DNA from: Cenarchaeum sp.
GTDB taxonomy: Archaea; Thermoproteota; Nitrososphaeria; Nitrososphaerales; Nitrosopumilaceae
Direction of reading: 5' to 3'
Assembly (NCBI GenBank): GCA_965242695.1
Contig: CBDESU010000002.1
Span: 1,472,001-1,536,000 of the forward strand
DNA length: 64,000 nt
In this document: positions 31,699-40,432 of the stretch, piece by piece
Numbering within the stretch: the stretch's first letter is position 1
Layout: every line of letters starts with the position of its first letter
The notes under the pieces: model-generated
The model's input: only the letters and a program-made list of their open reading frames with translations
What the model was told of the DNA's origin: nothing
Database searches by the model: none
Made by a program: the position numbers and the translations under genes

Positions 31699-31864
31699 GC
31701 CCCGGCCGCCGGGGGGCCGTATAAAAAACAGGCTCGGGCGGCAGGCAGCGCCGCCATATTCCACGCCGCTGGGACGACGGCGACGCCGCCGCCGGCGGGC
31801 CGCATTGCGCGCGTTGGATCAGTTCTACCAATGTATTTTAAACCCGGCAAGGGTCGGCGCGCCG

Positions 31865-32737
31865 TTGTCGGAAGATCGGGCGCCGCAATCCGCCGAACCG
31901 CCTGCCGCCGAGAGGGCTGGCAAGGCAGACGATCCCCCCTCCACCGCCGCGAGCGAGCAGCCCGATGCCGCCGCTGCGTCGCCCGATCCCTCCTCCACCG
32001 CCGCGAGCGAGCAGCCCGATGCCGCCGCTGCGTCGCCCGATCCCTCCTCCACCGCCGCGAGCGAGCAGCCCGATGCCGCCGCTGCGTCGCCCGATCCCTC
32101 CTCCACCGCCGCGAGCGAGCAGCCCGATGCCGCCTCCGCCCCGGCCCCCGCCCCTGGAGCCGCTGACGGCGCCGCCGGCGATGCGCAGGCCGCCGCCGCG
32201 GCCGGCGAGGGCGCCGAGGGCGCATCGCAGCCCGACGCCGAGGGCGCATCGCAGCCCGACGCCGAGGGCGAGGCAGATGCCGGGGCGGACGAGGAGGTCT
32301 CTGAGGATGCGTACTACGAGGGCTACGGCGACGACGGCAGCGAGCCGACCATCCAGGAAAAGTGGGGCGTGGCCCACATCTACAGCAGCTACAACAACAC
32401 GATCATCCACATGACCGACCTGACAGGGGCCGAGACCGTCTCGATAAGCTCGGGCGGAAAGCACGTCAACGCCGACCGATACGAGTCCTCGCCGTTTGCG
32501 GCAATGAAGGCGGCCAACGCGGCCATCGAGTCCGCCAGGACAAAGGGCTTCAACTGCTTCCACATACGGGTCAGGGCCGTCGGCGGCGTCGGCTCGCGCG
32601 TGCCGGGGCCGGGAGCGCAGGCGGCGATCAGGGCCCTTGCCAGGAGCGGCTTTCGCATCGGCCGCATCGACGACGTCACGCCCATACCGCACGACACGAC
32701 GCGCAAGAAGGGCGGCAAGCGCGGCCGGCGCGTCTAG
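31865..32737 (+). CDS. rps11: 30S ribosomal protein uS11 with long acidic repetitive N-terminal extension
   Basis: [25 protein letters not shown]...[14 protein letters not shown]...DVTPIPHD...GGKRGRRV; TTG start ~25 nt after TTTTAAA. Confidence 0.95.
   Translation: MSEDRAPQSAEPPAAERAGKADDPPSTAASEQPDAAAASPDPSSTAASEQPDAAAASPDPSSTAASEQPDAAAASPDPSSTAASEQPDAASAPAPAPGAADGAAGDAQAAAAAGEGAEGASQPDAEGASQPDAEGEADAGADEEVSEDAYYEGYGDDGSEPTIQEKWGVAHIYSSYNNTIIHMTDLTGAETVSISSGGKHVNADRYESSPFAAMKAANAAIESARTKGFNCFHIRVRAVGGVGSRVPGPGAQAAIRALARSGFRIGRIDDVTPIPHDTTRKKGGKRGRRV
31931..32135 (+). repeat. 54-bp coding tandem repeat ([18 protein letters not shown]), about 3.8 copies
   Basis: Units start at 31931, 31985, 32039 and 32093. 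Confidence 0.95.
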
Positions 32738-33048
32738 CCGGGCAGCATCCTGAGCCTTACGGAGCATCCCCTGTGCTCTAGATAGTCTCCCAGGAACTTT
32801 GCAAACTTTTCGTCCGGCTTGCCGCCGCGGTACCGCTCGATCATGGATGCGAACCGCCCCGCCATGGCCTCGTGCAGCCCCGACCCAACCTTCAGCCGAA
32901 AGAACGACCAGCCGGCGCGCGACTCGATGTCCCCGACGGCGGCGCCGCCGGGCTGGCCGCACAGCGTCTCGACGTGCGACATGGCCGTCTTGACCCTGAG
33001 GCGCGCGGCCGGCCCGTCGGTCGCGCCGACCTCGAAGATCAGCGACAC
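32734..33048 (-). CDS. Hypothetical protein
   Basis: Last gene of the rtcB run; protein-like composition. Confidence 0.7.
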   Translation of the reverse strand: MSLIFEVGATDGPAARLRVKTAMSHVETLCGQPGGAAVGDIESRAGWSFFRLKVGSGLHEAMAGRFASMIERYRGGKPDEKFAKFLGDYLEHRGCSVRLRMLPG

Positions 33049-33054
33049 GCGGCA

Positions 33055-33513
33055 TCACCTGCCCGCGCCGCTCTTGCCGAGCCTGTCCGAGAGCGAGACC
33101 ATCCTGCCGTCCTGCTCGACCTTTATCTTCGTGTCCAGGCGCACGTTGATGCCGACGGACCTGAACACGTAGAGGAGGCCGCCGCCGTCGAGGCCGCCGG
33201 GCAGCTGCCCGTACATGACCATCCTCCCGAGCTCGTCCACCACGGCCGGCGCCTGCGCGGGGTACTGCCGCTCGGCCGCCTCGAGGACCTCGGAGCCGCG
33301 GTGTCCCAGCACGGACACCAGGGCATCGCGCGGCGTGCGCCTTGCGGCTGCGGTCCCGGCATCCCCGGACTCGCCGTCGGCCTCGGCCTCGGCCGCCTCC
33401 TGCATCCGCGCCCTTGCGCGCATCTCGGCCAGGCGCCGCGCCTTGAGCCGCTCCAGCTCGGCGTCGGGCCCCGGCCCGCCCCCGTCCGGCGCAGCGCCGG
33501 GCGCGCCCGTCAC
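33055..33513 (-). CDS. PDCD5/TFAR19-like dsDNA-binding protein
   Basis: DAELERLKARRLAEM...RGSEVLEAAERQYP; GTGA overlap with rtcB. Confidence 0.7.
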   Translation of the reverse strand: MTGAPGAAPDGGGPGPDAELERLKARRLAEMRARARMQEAAEAEADGESGDAGTAAARRTPRDALVSVLGHRGSEVLEAAERQYPAQAPAVVDELGRMVMYGQLPGGLDGGGLLYVFRSVGINVRLDTKIKVEQDGRMVSLSDRLGKSGAGR

Positions 33514-34973
33514 CCCTTGATCACCCCGATGGGAACGAGCCGCGCCACCTTTGTCGCGATGCCGAGCTCGTCCGAGACGCCGACGACCCTGTCGACGTCC
33601 TTGTACGCCTGCGGCGTCTCCTCGACGACGCCGTTGCGCGTGAGCGCCTTTACGTAGATGCCCTTGTCGCCGAGCGACCTTCTCACCTGCTCCTCCGTGT
33701 ACTGCTTCTTGGCCCTGGTGCGCGACATCGTCCGCCCCGCGCCGTGCGCCGTAGAGCCGAACGTGAGGTCCATCGACCCCCTCTTGCCGAGCAGTATCCA
33801 GCTTGCCGTGCCCATCGAGCCGGGTATGAACACGGGCTGCCCGATGTCCCTGTACCTGGCAGGCACGTCGCCGGCGCCGGCCGGAAAGGCCCTCGTCGCC
33901 CCCTTGCGGTGGACCACGACGCGGCGCCTCTTGCCGTCGACCGTATGCTCCTCGACCTTTGCGATGTTGTGGGCCACGTCGTACACGAGGTCCATCCCGA
34001 GGTCGTCCTCGCCCATGCGGAAGACCCTCTCAAACGAGCGGCGAGTCCAGTGCGAGATCATCTGGCGGTTGCTCCACGCAAAGTTGAGCGCAGCCCTCAT
34101 GGCGGCCGAGTATGACCGCCCCTCCTCGGACGAGTGCGGCACGCACGCGAGCTCCCTGTCGGGCAGGTCGACGCCGTACCTCTGCATGGCCCTCTCGGAG
34201 ACGCGCAGAAAGTCGCTGCACACCTGGTGCCCGAACCCCCGCGAGCCGCAGTGCGCAAGGACCGTCACCTGGCCCCTCTCGATGCCCATGCGGGATGCGG
34301 TCTCCTCGTCGTGGACCTCGTCGACGCGCTGCACCTCTAGAAAGTGGTTGCCCGAGCCGAGGCTGCCGAGCTGCGGCATTCCGCGCCTGCGCGCCTTTTC
34401 CGAGACCCTGGAGGGGTCGGCGCCGGCCATGCTGCCGCCCTCCTCGCACGAGTCGGCGTCGGCGGGGCGGCCGTACCCGTTGTCGACGGCCCACCGGACG
34501 CCCCTCGTCATGACCTCGTCGAGCTGCGAGTTGCTCAGCGACACGGCGCCCTTTGATCCGACCCCCGACGGTATCGAGCTGAACAGGTCGGCGACGAGCT
34601 CCTTTAGCCTCGGCCTCGCGTCGGCCTCCGTAAGGTTCGTGCGCAGCAGGCGCACGCCGCAGTTGATGTCGTACCCGACCCCGCCGGGGCTTATCATGCC
34701 CTCCTCGGCGTCCATTGCGGCGACCCCGCCGACCGGAAAGCCGTACCCCTCGTGGCCGTCGGGTAGGACGACGACATGGCCGACGACGCCGGGCATGGAC
34801 GCGACGTTGGTCGCCTGCCAGACGGTGCGGTCTGACGCCATCTTTTCGACTAGCTGCCCGTCGGCGAATATCCTCACGGGCACCCTCATGCCGTTGCCCG
34901 GGGACGGCTCGACGACGTACTCGGCGGGGCCCCTCTTTTCAGGGACGATCCTCGGCACGTCCGGCCTGCCCAT
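33510..34973 (-). CDS. rtcB: tRNA-splicing ligase RtcB
   Basis: LPDGHEGYGFPVGGV, GYDINCG, GSGNHFLE, HCGSRG, HNIAK, HRKGATRA, PGSMG, STAHGAGR. Confidence 0.98.
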   Translation of the reverse strand: MGRPDVPRIVPEKRGPAEYVVEPSPGNGMRVPVRIFADGQLVEKMASDRTVWQATNVASMPGVVGHVVVLPDGHEGYGFPVGGVAAMDAEEGMISPGGVGYDINCGVRLLRTNLTEADARPRLKELVADLFSSIPSGVGSKGAVSLSNSQLDEVMTRGVRWAVDNGYGRPADADSCEEGGSMAGADPSRVSEKARRRGMPQLGSLGSGNHFLEVQRVDEVHDEETASRMGIERGQVTVLAHCGSRGFGHQVCSDFLRVSERAMQRYGVDLPDRELACVPHSSEEGRSYSAAMRAALNFAWSNRQMISHWTRRSFERVFRMGEDDLGMDLVYDVAHNIAKVEEHTVDGKRRRVVVHRKGATRAFPAGAGDVPARYRDIGQPVFIPGSMGTASWILLGKRGSMDLTFGSTAHGAGRTMSRTRAKKQYTEEQVRRSLGDKGIYVKALTRNGVVEETPQAYKDVDRVVGVSDELGIATKVARLVPIGVIKG

Positions 34974-35484
34974 GCGCGCCCGGCAGGGCGCCTCTAATTT
35001 AAACCCGGCGGGGGGCCGGCGCCGGATCCGCGGGCGGGATGCCGCCGGCATGCGTATCCTGCGTGCCCCTGCAGCCTTGGACGGGCGGCGGCGCGCGTCG
35101 GGGCCTACAAGATGCATGCCCGGGACGGCGCGCGCAGGGTGCGTTCTGCCAGATGGGCCTGCGCCCGGCGGCGGCGCGCGGCGCTGCATGGCCTTGAGGG
35201 CGGCGGCGAAGGGGCGCTCTGCCGCGCAGCTGGACGCACCGCCCCTGTTAGCGCGCCGCCGGAAGGGGGCGGGCGGCTGCTGGCAGCATGGGCGTGATCT
35301 GCAGGTGAATCTGCGCGGGCCGTGCGCGGGCCGTGCGCGGGCACCGGGCCGCTCTTCCAGCGTCCTCTTGCACGAGGCAGCTAGGCGTTCTAGGGCCGCA
35401 TGCCTAGGACTTGCGGAATTTCGCCCCCTGGCTACTGCGCCCTTTCAATCTGATCGCGGATCATCCGCCTTGGGTATTGCACGT

Positions 35485-35892
35485 TCATCTTCTGCGCGTC
35501 TTCCTGTACAGGTACGAGCACACGCTGTCAAGGGCGCCGGCCACGCCATCAAGGACGGACATGTCCTCCCCCGACAGGGCCACCCTGGGGCCGTTGCTCT
35601 TCTCAAGCCTTGAAGATAGTGCGATGACGCTGTCCCTTGCGGCCGGCCAGTCTTCCCGATGGCGGTTGCGCAGGAACTCGGACATCCTATCTCCATCGAT
35701 GCCAAGATTAAAGTAGGGCATGTCCCGGAGGTGGAGGCTCATTGGGACGAGCACGTCCAAGAGGCTCTGGACTTCGCCCTGACGCTCTGTAGTGCCGCCG
35801 CGCGACTTGGTGTCCCTCAGGGTCACGATGTACGGCTGGAGCAGACTAGAGGCGTAGTGCAGGTTGGTGCTGATCACACCCATGTCGCTCAT
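35485..35892 (-). CDS. Hypothetical helical protein
   Basis: Protein-like 135-aa ORF in lower-GC DNA; no family recognised. Confidence 0.55.
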   Translation of the reverse strand: MSDMGVISTNLHYASSLLQPYIVTLRDTKSRGGTTERQGEVQSLLDVLVPMSLHLRDMPYFNLGIDGDRMSEFLRNRHREDWPAARDSVIALSSRLEKSNGPRVALSGEDMSVLDGVAGALDSVCSYLYRKTRRR

Positions 35893-36210
35893 CTTTGGCC
35901 GCCCCCTGTACAGGCCGTGCCCCTGTTGCACTGATCCCGCATTGCCCGTAGGCGCACATCTGTCATTTTTAATGCTATCGAGAGCTATCGCCGCATGCGG
36001 TCCGCAATTGCCATCCTCAGTCGGAACGCGCGGCAGAGGGGCTGTGCCGGCAGCGGGGGACGACTTGGGGGGGGGACAAGGGACATCGGAAGCCGCCGCA
36101 GGGGCCTGGCACCACGCCGCCCCTCGGCTGCCATCTCTGCGGGCTACTCCAACTCGCCCCTCCGCCGCGCGTTGGTACTTTTTTTACACCCTTCGCCCGC
36201 GCCCGCAGGT

Positions 36211-36567
36211 ATGGCAGGTTACCGCGCCCGCAGGCGGGCCCTCAAAAAGGCGGCCAGGGAGCCGGCGCGCGAGGCCAAGGAGAGGGATCGGCAGGCGAAG
36301 CGCAAGGCAAAGGATGCGGATGTTGCCGCCCGGACGCCGAGGCGCGAGCTGGAAGACGCCTACGTCAAGACGTTCATGGAGGGACCCATGCCTGCCCACG
36401 CCGCGGGCAATCCCTCGTTTGCCGCGTTTGTGCGCAGCAGGGCCCGCTCCATGCCGGACGAGTCCCTGCGCGCGTACGTCAATCTTGCGCGGGGAGACGA
36501 CGATGACGACGAAGCTGCGATGCGGCGCGACATGGACCTGCTAATGTCGGACATGAGGGGGAAGTGA
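36211..36567 (+). CDS. Hypothetical charged protein
   Basis: ATG ~25 nt after a TTTTTTTA box; plausible helical sequence. Confidence 0.55.
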   Translation: MAGYRARRRALKKAAREPAREAKERDRQAKRKAKDADVAARTPRRELEDAYVKTFMEGPMPAHAAGNPSFAAFVRSRARSMPDESLRAYVNLARGDDDDDEAAMRRDMDLLMSDMRGK

Positions 36568-36649
36568 CGGGCGGGCCGCGCCGCGCCGCGCCGGGCACGA
36601 CAGGGTGAGGAAGACGATCCGCGCCGGATGCATGCGGGTGTCCTGCGGG

Positions 36650-36760
36650 GCCGCCGTGGCCGCGGGACGGGGCGCTCGCATCTCCCGGCAACACGGGCGG
36701 CTCTATCATGGCGCATGCCACGCCGCCGTGGCCGCGGGACGGGGCGCTCGCATCTCCCGC
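36650..36760. repeat. ~38-bp direct repeat, two copies, upstream of purB
   Basis: gccgccgtggccgcgggacggggcgctcgcatctcccg at ~36650 and ~36722. Confidence 0.85.
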
Positions 36761-36806
36761 GCCCGCCGCCGCCCAGCGTAGGTTTATTTCGGCCGGCGCG
36801 GCCCGC

Positions 36807-38210
36807 ATGCCGTTGGCCATACTGCCGATCGACGCCGGACGGTACGGCTCGCCCGAGATCACCCGGATATTCGGCGAGCAGAAAAAGATAGACTACCAAC
36901 TCGACGTAGAGGCCGCGGCGGCCGCGGCGCAGGCCGAGCACGGCCTCATCCCAAAGGGCGCCGGCGCCGCAATCGCGCGCGCAGTCCGCGCCGGCGGCAT
37001 CACGCCGGCCGTGGTGCGGCGCCTGGAAAAGAAGACCGACCACGACACGGCCGCCCTCGTGAGGGCACTCTCGGACCGGTGCGCCCCGGGCGCGCGGCCG
37101 TGGGTGCACTACGGCCTGACGAGCAACGACCTGGTCGACACGAGCGCCTCGCTCCAGATGCGCGATGCCCTCGACGTGCTAGAGCCGAAGGCGGCCCGCC
37201 TGGCCGGCGTGCTAGCCGGCATGGCCGGCAGGTACGCCGGCCTGCCGGCCGTCGGGCGCACGCACGGGCAGCACGCGAGCATCGTCTCGTTCGGGCTAAA
37301 GTTTGCAAACTGGGCGTCCGAGATGTCCGAGCACCTGTCTAGACTGCGGGCCCTGCGCGGGCGCGCCCTACTGTGCAAGATGCTCGGGGTGGTCGGGACC
37401 GGCTCGCTCATGGGGGCGGCCGCCGTCGGCGTGCAGCGGACGGCCGCCGGCCTGCTCGGGCTCGAGCCGGTCGAGGCGGCAACGCAGATCGTCCCGCGCG
37501 AGCGGCATGCCGAGTACGTCTTTACGCTCGCCCTGGTGGGATCGACCCTCGAGAAGATCGCCGTCGAGGTGCGCAACCTGCAGCGCACCGAGATCGGCGA
37601 GGTCGCCGAGGGGTTCCGCGCCGGCCAGATGGGCAGCAGCGCCGTGCCCGTAAAGCGCAACCCCATAAAGAGCGAGCGCGTCACGTCCCTCTCGCGCCTG
37701 ATGCGCTCGAACGTGGCCGTCGCGCTCGAGAACGTGCCGCTCTGGCACGAGCGGGACCTGTCCAACTCGGCCAACGAGCGGTTCGTGATCCCGACCGTTA
37801 CGATACTGCTCGACGAGTCGCTGTCGGCCATGCTCGGCGTGGTGCGGGGCCTGTCCGTGAACGAGGACCGGATAGCGGCGAACCTGCAGCTCACGCGCGG
37901 GCAGATATTCGCCGAGTTCGTGCTGCAGGCGCTGATCAAAAAGGGCGCGCCGCGCATGGACGCGTACCGCGACGTGCAGCGCGTCGCGTTCGCCGCCGCC
38001 GGGTCGGGCGCGGACTACCTGGACGCGCTAAGGGCGGACGCGGCCGTGTCCTCGAGGCTCGGCCCCGCCGAGCTAGAGTCGATATTCGACGCGCGCCGGC
38101 ACCTGGGCGCATCGCGGGAGATAATTCGGCGCGTGCGCAGGACGGCAGCGCGGGCCGTGGCCGAGTCCGAGTCGAGGCTTGCAAGGCGCGGCATCGGGCC
38201 GCACCCCTAG
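36807..38210 (+). CDS. purB: Adenylosuccinate lyase
   Basis: GRYGS, HYGLTSND, GRTHGQHA, GSSAVPVKRNPIKSE, HERDLSNSANER. Confidence 0.97.
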   Translation: MPLAILPIDAGRYGSPEITRIFGEQKKIDYQLDVEAAAAAAQAEHGLIPKGAGAAIARAVRAGGITPAVVRRLEKKTDHDTAALVRALSDRCAPGARPWVHYGLTSNDLVDTSASLQMRDALDVLEPKAARLAGVLAGMAGRYAGLPAVGRTHGQHASIVSFGLKFANWASEMSEHLSRLRALRGRALLCKMLGVVGTGSLMGAAAVGVQRTAAGLLGLEPVEAATQIVPRERHAEYVFTLALVGSTLEKIAVEVRNLQRTEIGEVAEGFRAGQMGSSAVPVKRNPIKSERVTSLSRLMRSNVAVALENVPLWHERDLSNSANERFVIPTVTILLDESLSAMLGVVRGLSVNEDRIAANLQLTRGQIFAEFVLQALIKKGAPRMDAYRDVQRVAFAAAGSGADYLDALRADAAVSSRLGPAELESIFDARRHLGASREIIRRVRRTAARAVAESESRLARRGIGPHP

Positions 38211-39073
38211 GCGCCGCGGGCCGGAGGCGGCCGCCGGGGCGGAAGCGCCCCGGACCGGAGCAGCTCGGCGTGTATGCGCGAGCCGTACTGGATCGCCTTC
38301 TTGCGCTTGCCGGCGGAGTGGGGGGGGACGCCGAGGGACGCGGCCAGGCCCCTTACGGCGTGCTTGCGCAGCAGGTCGCCGGGGCCCGTGATCTTCGAGT
38401 CGATCGGCAGCCGCCTGGCGTACGAGACGAACGGGGCCGAGAGGAGCGGCTGGGCCACGCGCACGCCGAACCTGCCGGCAAACCCGCCGGCCGCCTCCAT
38501 TATGGACAGCTCCCTTGATATCCGCTCGCCGACCATGGGCTCGACGACGGCCCGCACTGCCTCTGCATCGCCGTCGCGCACGCCGGCCGACTCGAGGGCC
38601 CTCCTGTACGAGTCGTACCCGCAGAACAGCTCGTCGATGCCGTTGCCGGTGAGGACCGTCCGGATGCCGAGCGACCTTGCGAGCCACCCTATGTAGTAGA
38701 ACGCGATGCAGTTCTCCGTGCGCGACGGATCGCCGCCGCCGGTCGCGGCTACCGCCTCGGCGGCAACGCCGGCGAACGGGGGCGGCGCATCGCCGGCCCC
38801 CTCCCCGCCTACGAGCAGCGTATGGTGCTCGAGGCCCGCCCTGCGGGCCGCGGCAGCGGCGAACCTCACGTCGTGCGAGCCGGCAAAGCCGACGGTGAGC
38901 AGGACGGGGCCGAGGCGAAGGCGCGAGCAGACGGCGGCGATCAGCGAGCTGTCGACCCCGCCCGAGAACGCGACGCCTACGGGCCCTCGCCCCCCCTCCC
39001 CGCCGCCGCCTCCGACGGACTCGGACACGGCCCGCTCTATCCTGGAGAGCAGCTCCCGCGCGCGGCCGTCCAT
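38207..39073 (-). CDS. Stand-alone asparagine-synthase C-terminal (PP-loop) domain protein
   Basis: AFSGGVDSS, TGNGIDELFCGY, RKKAIQYGS; no glutaminase domain. Confidence 0.85.
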   Translation of the reverse strand: MDGRARELLSRIERAVSESVGGGGGEGGRGPVGVAFSGGVDSSLIAAVCSRLRLGPVLLTVGFAGSHDVRFAAAAARRAGLEHHTLLVGGEGAGDAPPPFAGVAAEAVAATGGGDPSRTENCIAFYYIGWLARSLGIRTVLTGNGIDELFCGYDSYRRALESAGVRDGDAEAVRAVVEPMVGERISRELSIMEAAGGFAGRFGVRVAQPLLSAPFVSYARRLPIDSKITGPGDLLRKHAVRGLAASLGVPPHSAGKRKKAIQYGSRIHAELLRSGALPPRRPPPARGA

Positions 39074-39126
39074 CGGCGGGGCGGGGCGCGGCTAGACATT
39101 TAACCTGCCGCCCGCGCCGCCTGCGC

Positions 39127-39411
39127 ATGGGAATGGTTGCAATGAGCGACGGCGAGGTGCGCGAGGCCCTCGCGCGGCTCGACGGCTGGTCGGTCGTCGG
39201 CGGCAAGCTGCACAAGGAGTACGAGTTTGACACGTTCAACAGGGCGTTCGGGTTCATGGCCCGCGCCTCGATGGAGATTGAAAAGATGAACCACCACCCC
39301 GAGTGGCGCAACGTGTACAACCGGCTCGAGGTGGACCTCGTGACGCACGACGCCGGCGGCATTACCGAAAACGACGTGAGGCTGGCCGGCATACTGGACT
39401 CGCTCCTCTGA
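39127..39411 (+). CDS. phhB: Pterin-4a-carbinolamine dehydratase
   Basis: EKMNHHPEWRNVYNR...THDAGGITEND. Confidence 0.95.
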   Translation: MGMVAMSDGEVREALARLDGWSVVGGKLHKEYEFDTFNRAFGFMARASMEIEKMNHHPEWRNVYNRLEVDLVTHDAGGITENDVRLAGILDSLL

Positions 39412-39511
39412 GCGGGCCGCGGCGCACGGCATGCCCGATGCGGCGGGAGCGGGCCGGGCCGCGCCGGCGCCGCCTTTCCAAATTTATAGCCGCGCCGCCG
39501 ATTCGGCGCGC

Positions 39512-40432
39512 ATGGCGGGGGAGGGGCCAGGAAGCGGCGCGGCCGGGCCGCCTCGGAATCCAGAGGCCGCCGCCGACTCGGACTTCAAGTACATCGACAG
39601 GGAGACGGGCGCGCTCCTGTCTAGCAGGACAGAGCTTGCGGTAGCCCGCATGCTGTCGTTCCTGGGGGTCGAGTACGAGTACGGAAAGGAGGTGGACGTA
39701 GGCGGCGGCCGGACGGAAAGAATCGACTTCGGGACGGGCCGGGGCCTGATCGAGGTCGTCGACGGCGAGCGGGACGCCGAAAAGTACCGCCTCGCCAGGG
39801 AGCACCTGGGAGGCGGCATCATGGCCGTCGGCCACCCGCGGCACGTGGCGCGGATAGCCGAGCTGGACGGGGTGGTCGCGTACGGCGGAGCCGGCAACGG
39901 CGGGGAGGGCGGCTCCCCCCAGACTGGCTCGATATTCATGGACGACGAGTCGTTTACGTTCGACTATGCGCACGTCCTGCCGCTCGTCGAAAAGTGCTCC
40001 CTCCTGCACGGCCACACGTCGTCCGTAATGGTAGAGCTGGTCGGGACGATGAAGGACAACCTGCTCATCGACTTTGGCGAGGCCAAGCAGATAATACGCG
40101 GCGTAATGGCCGCGTTCGACCACAAGTTCTTCGTCAACGAAAAGTACGTCGTCGAAGGAGGAGGAGGAGGCGGCGGCGGGGACGGGTGCGGGGACGGCGA
40201 GGGCCACTACCGCGTCTCCTTCGAGGGCCCCCGCGGCAGGTTCGACCTGACCGTGCCGCGCTCGACGGCGTACCTGCTCAGGGGCGAGGCGACCGTGGAA
40301 AACCTGTCGACGGAGATCATCTCGCTCCTGGCCCCGCGCCTCCCGCCAAACGTCGACGCCGTCGGCGTGTACATCTACGAGGGCCGCGACAAGGGATCGC
40401 ACATAATATCCCGGATCAGGGGGCTGCGGTAG
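39512..40432 (+). CDS. queD: 6-pyruvoyl/6-carboxy-tetrahydropterin synthase (QueD-like) with extra N-terminal domain
   Basis: FDYAHVLP...CSLLHGH, IDFGEAK, DHKFF, TVENL, YEG. Confidence 0.85.
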   Translation: MAGEGPGSGAAGPPRNPEAAADSDFKYIDRETGALLSSRTELAVARMLSFLGVEYEYGKEVDVGGGRTERIDFGTGRGLIEVVDGERDAEKYRLAREHLGGGIMAVGHPRHVARIAELDGVVAYGGAGNGGEGGSPQTGSIFMDDESFTFDYAHVLPLVEKCSLLHGHTSSVMVELVGTMKDNLLIDFGEAKQIIRGVMAAFDHKFFVNEKYVVEGGGGGGGGDGCGDGEGHYRVSFEGPRGRFDLTVPRSTAYLLRGEATVENLSTEIISLLAPRLPPNVDAVGVYIYEGRDKGSHIISRIRGLR

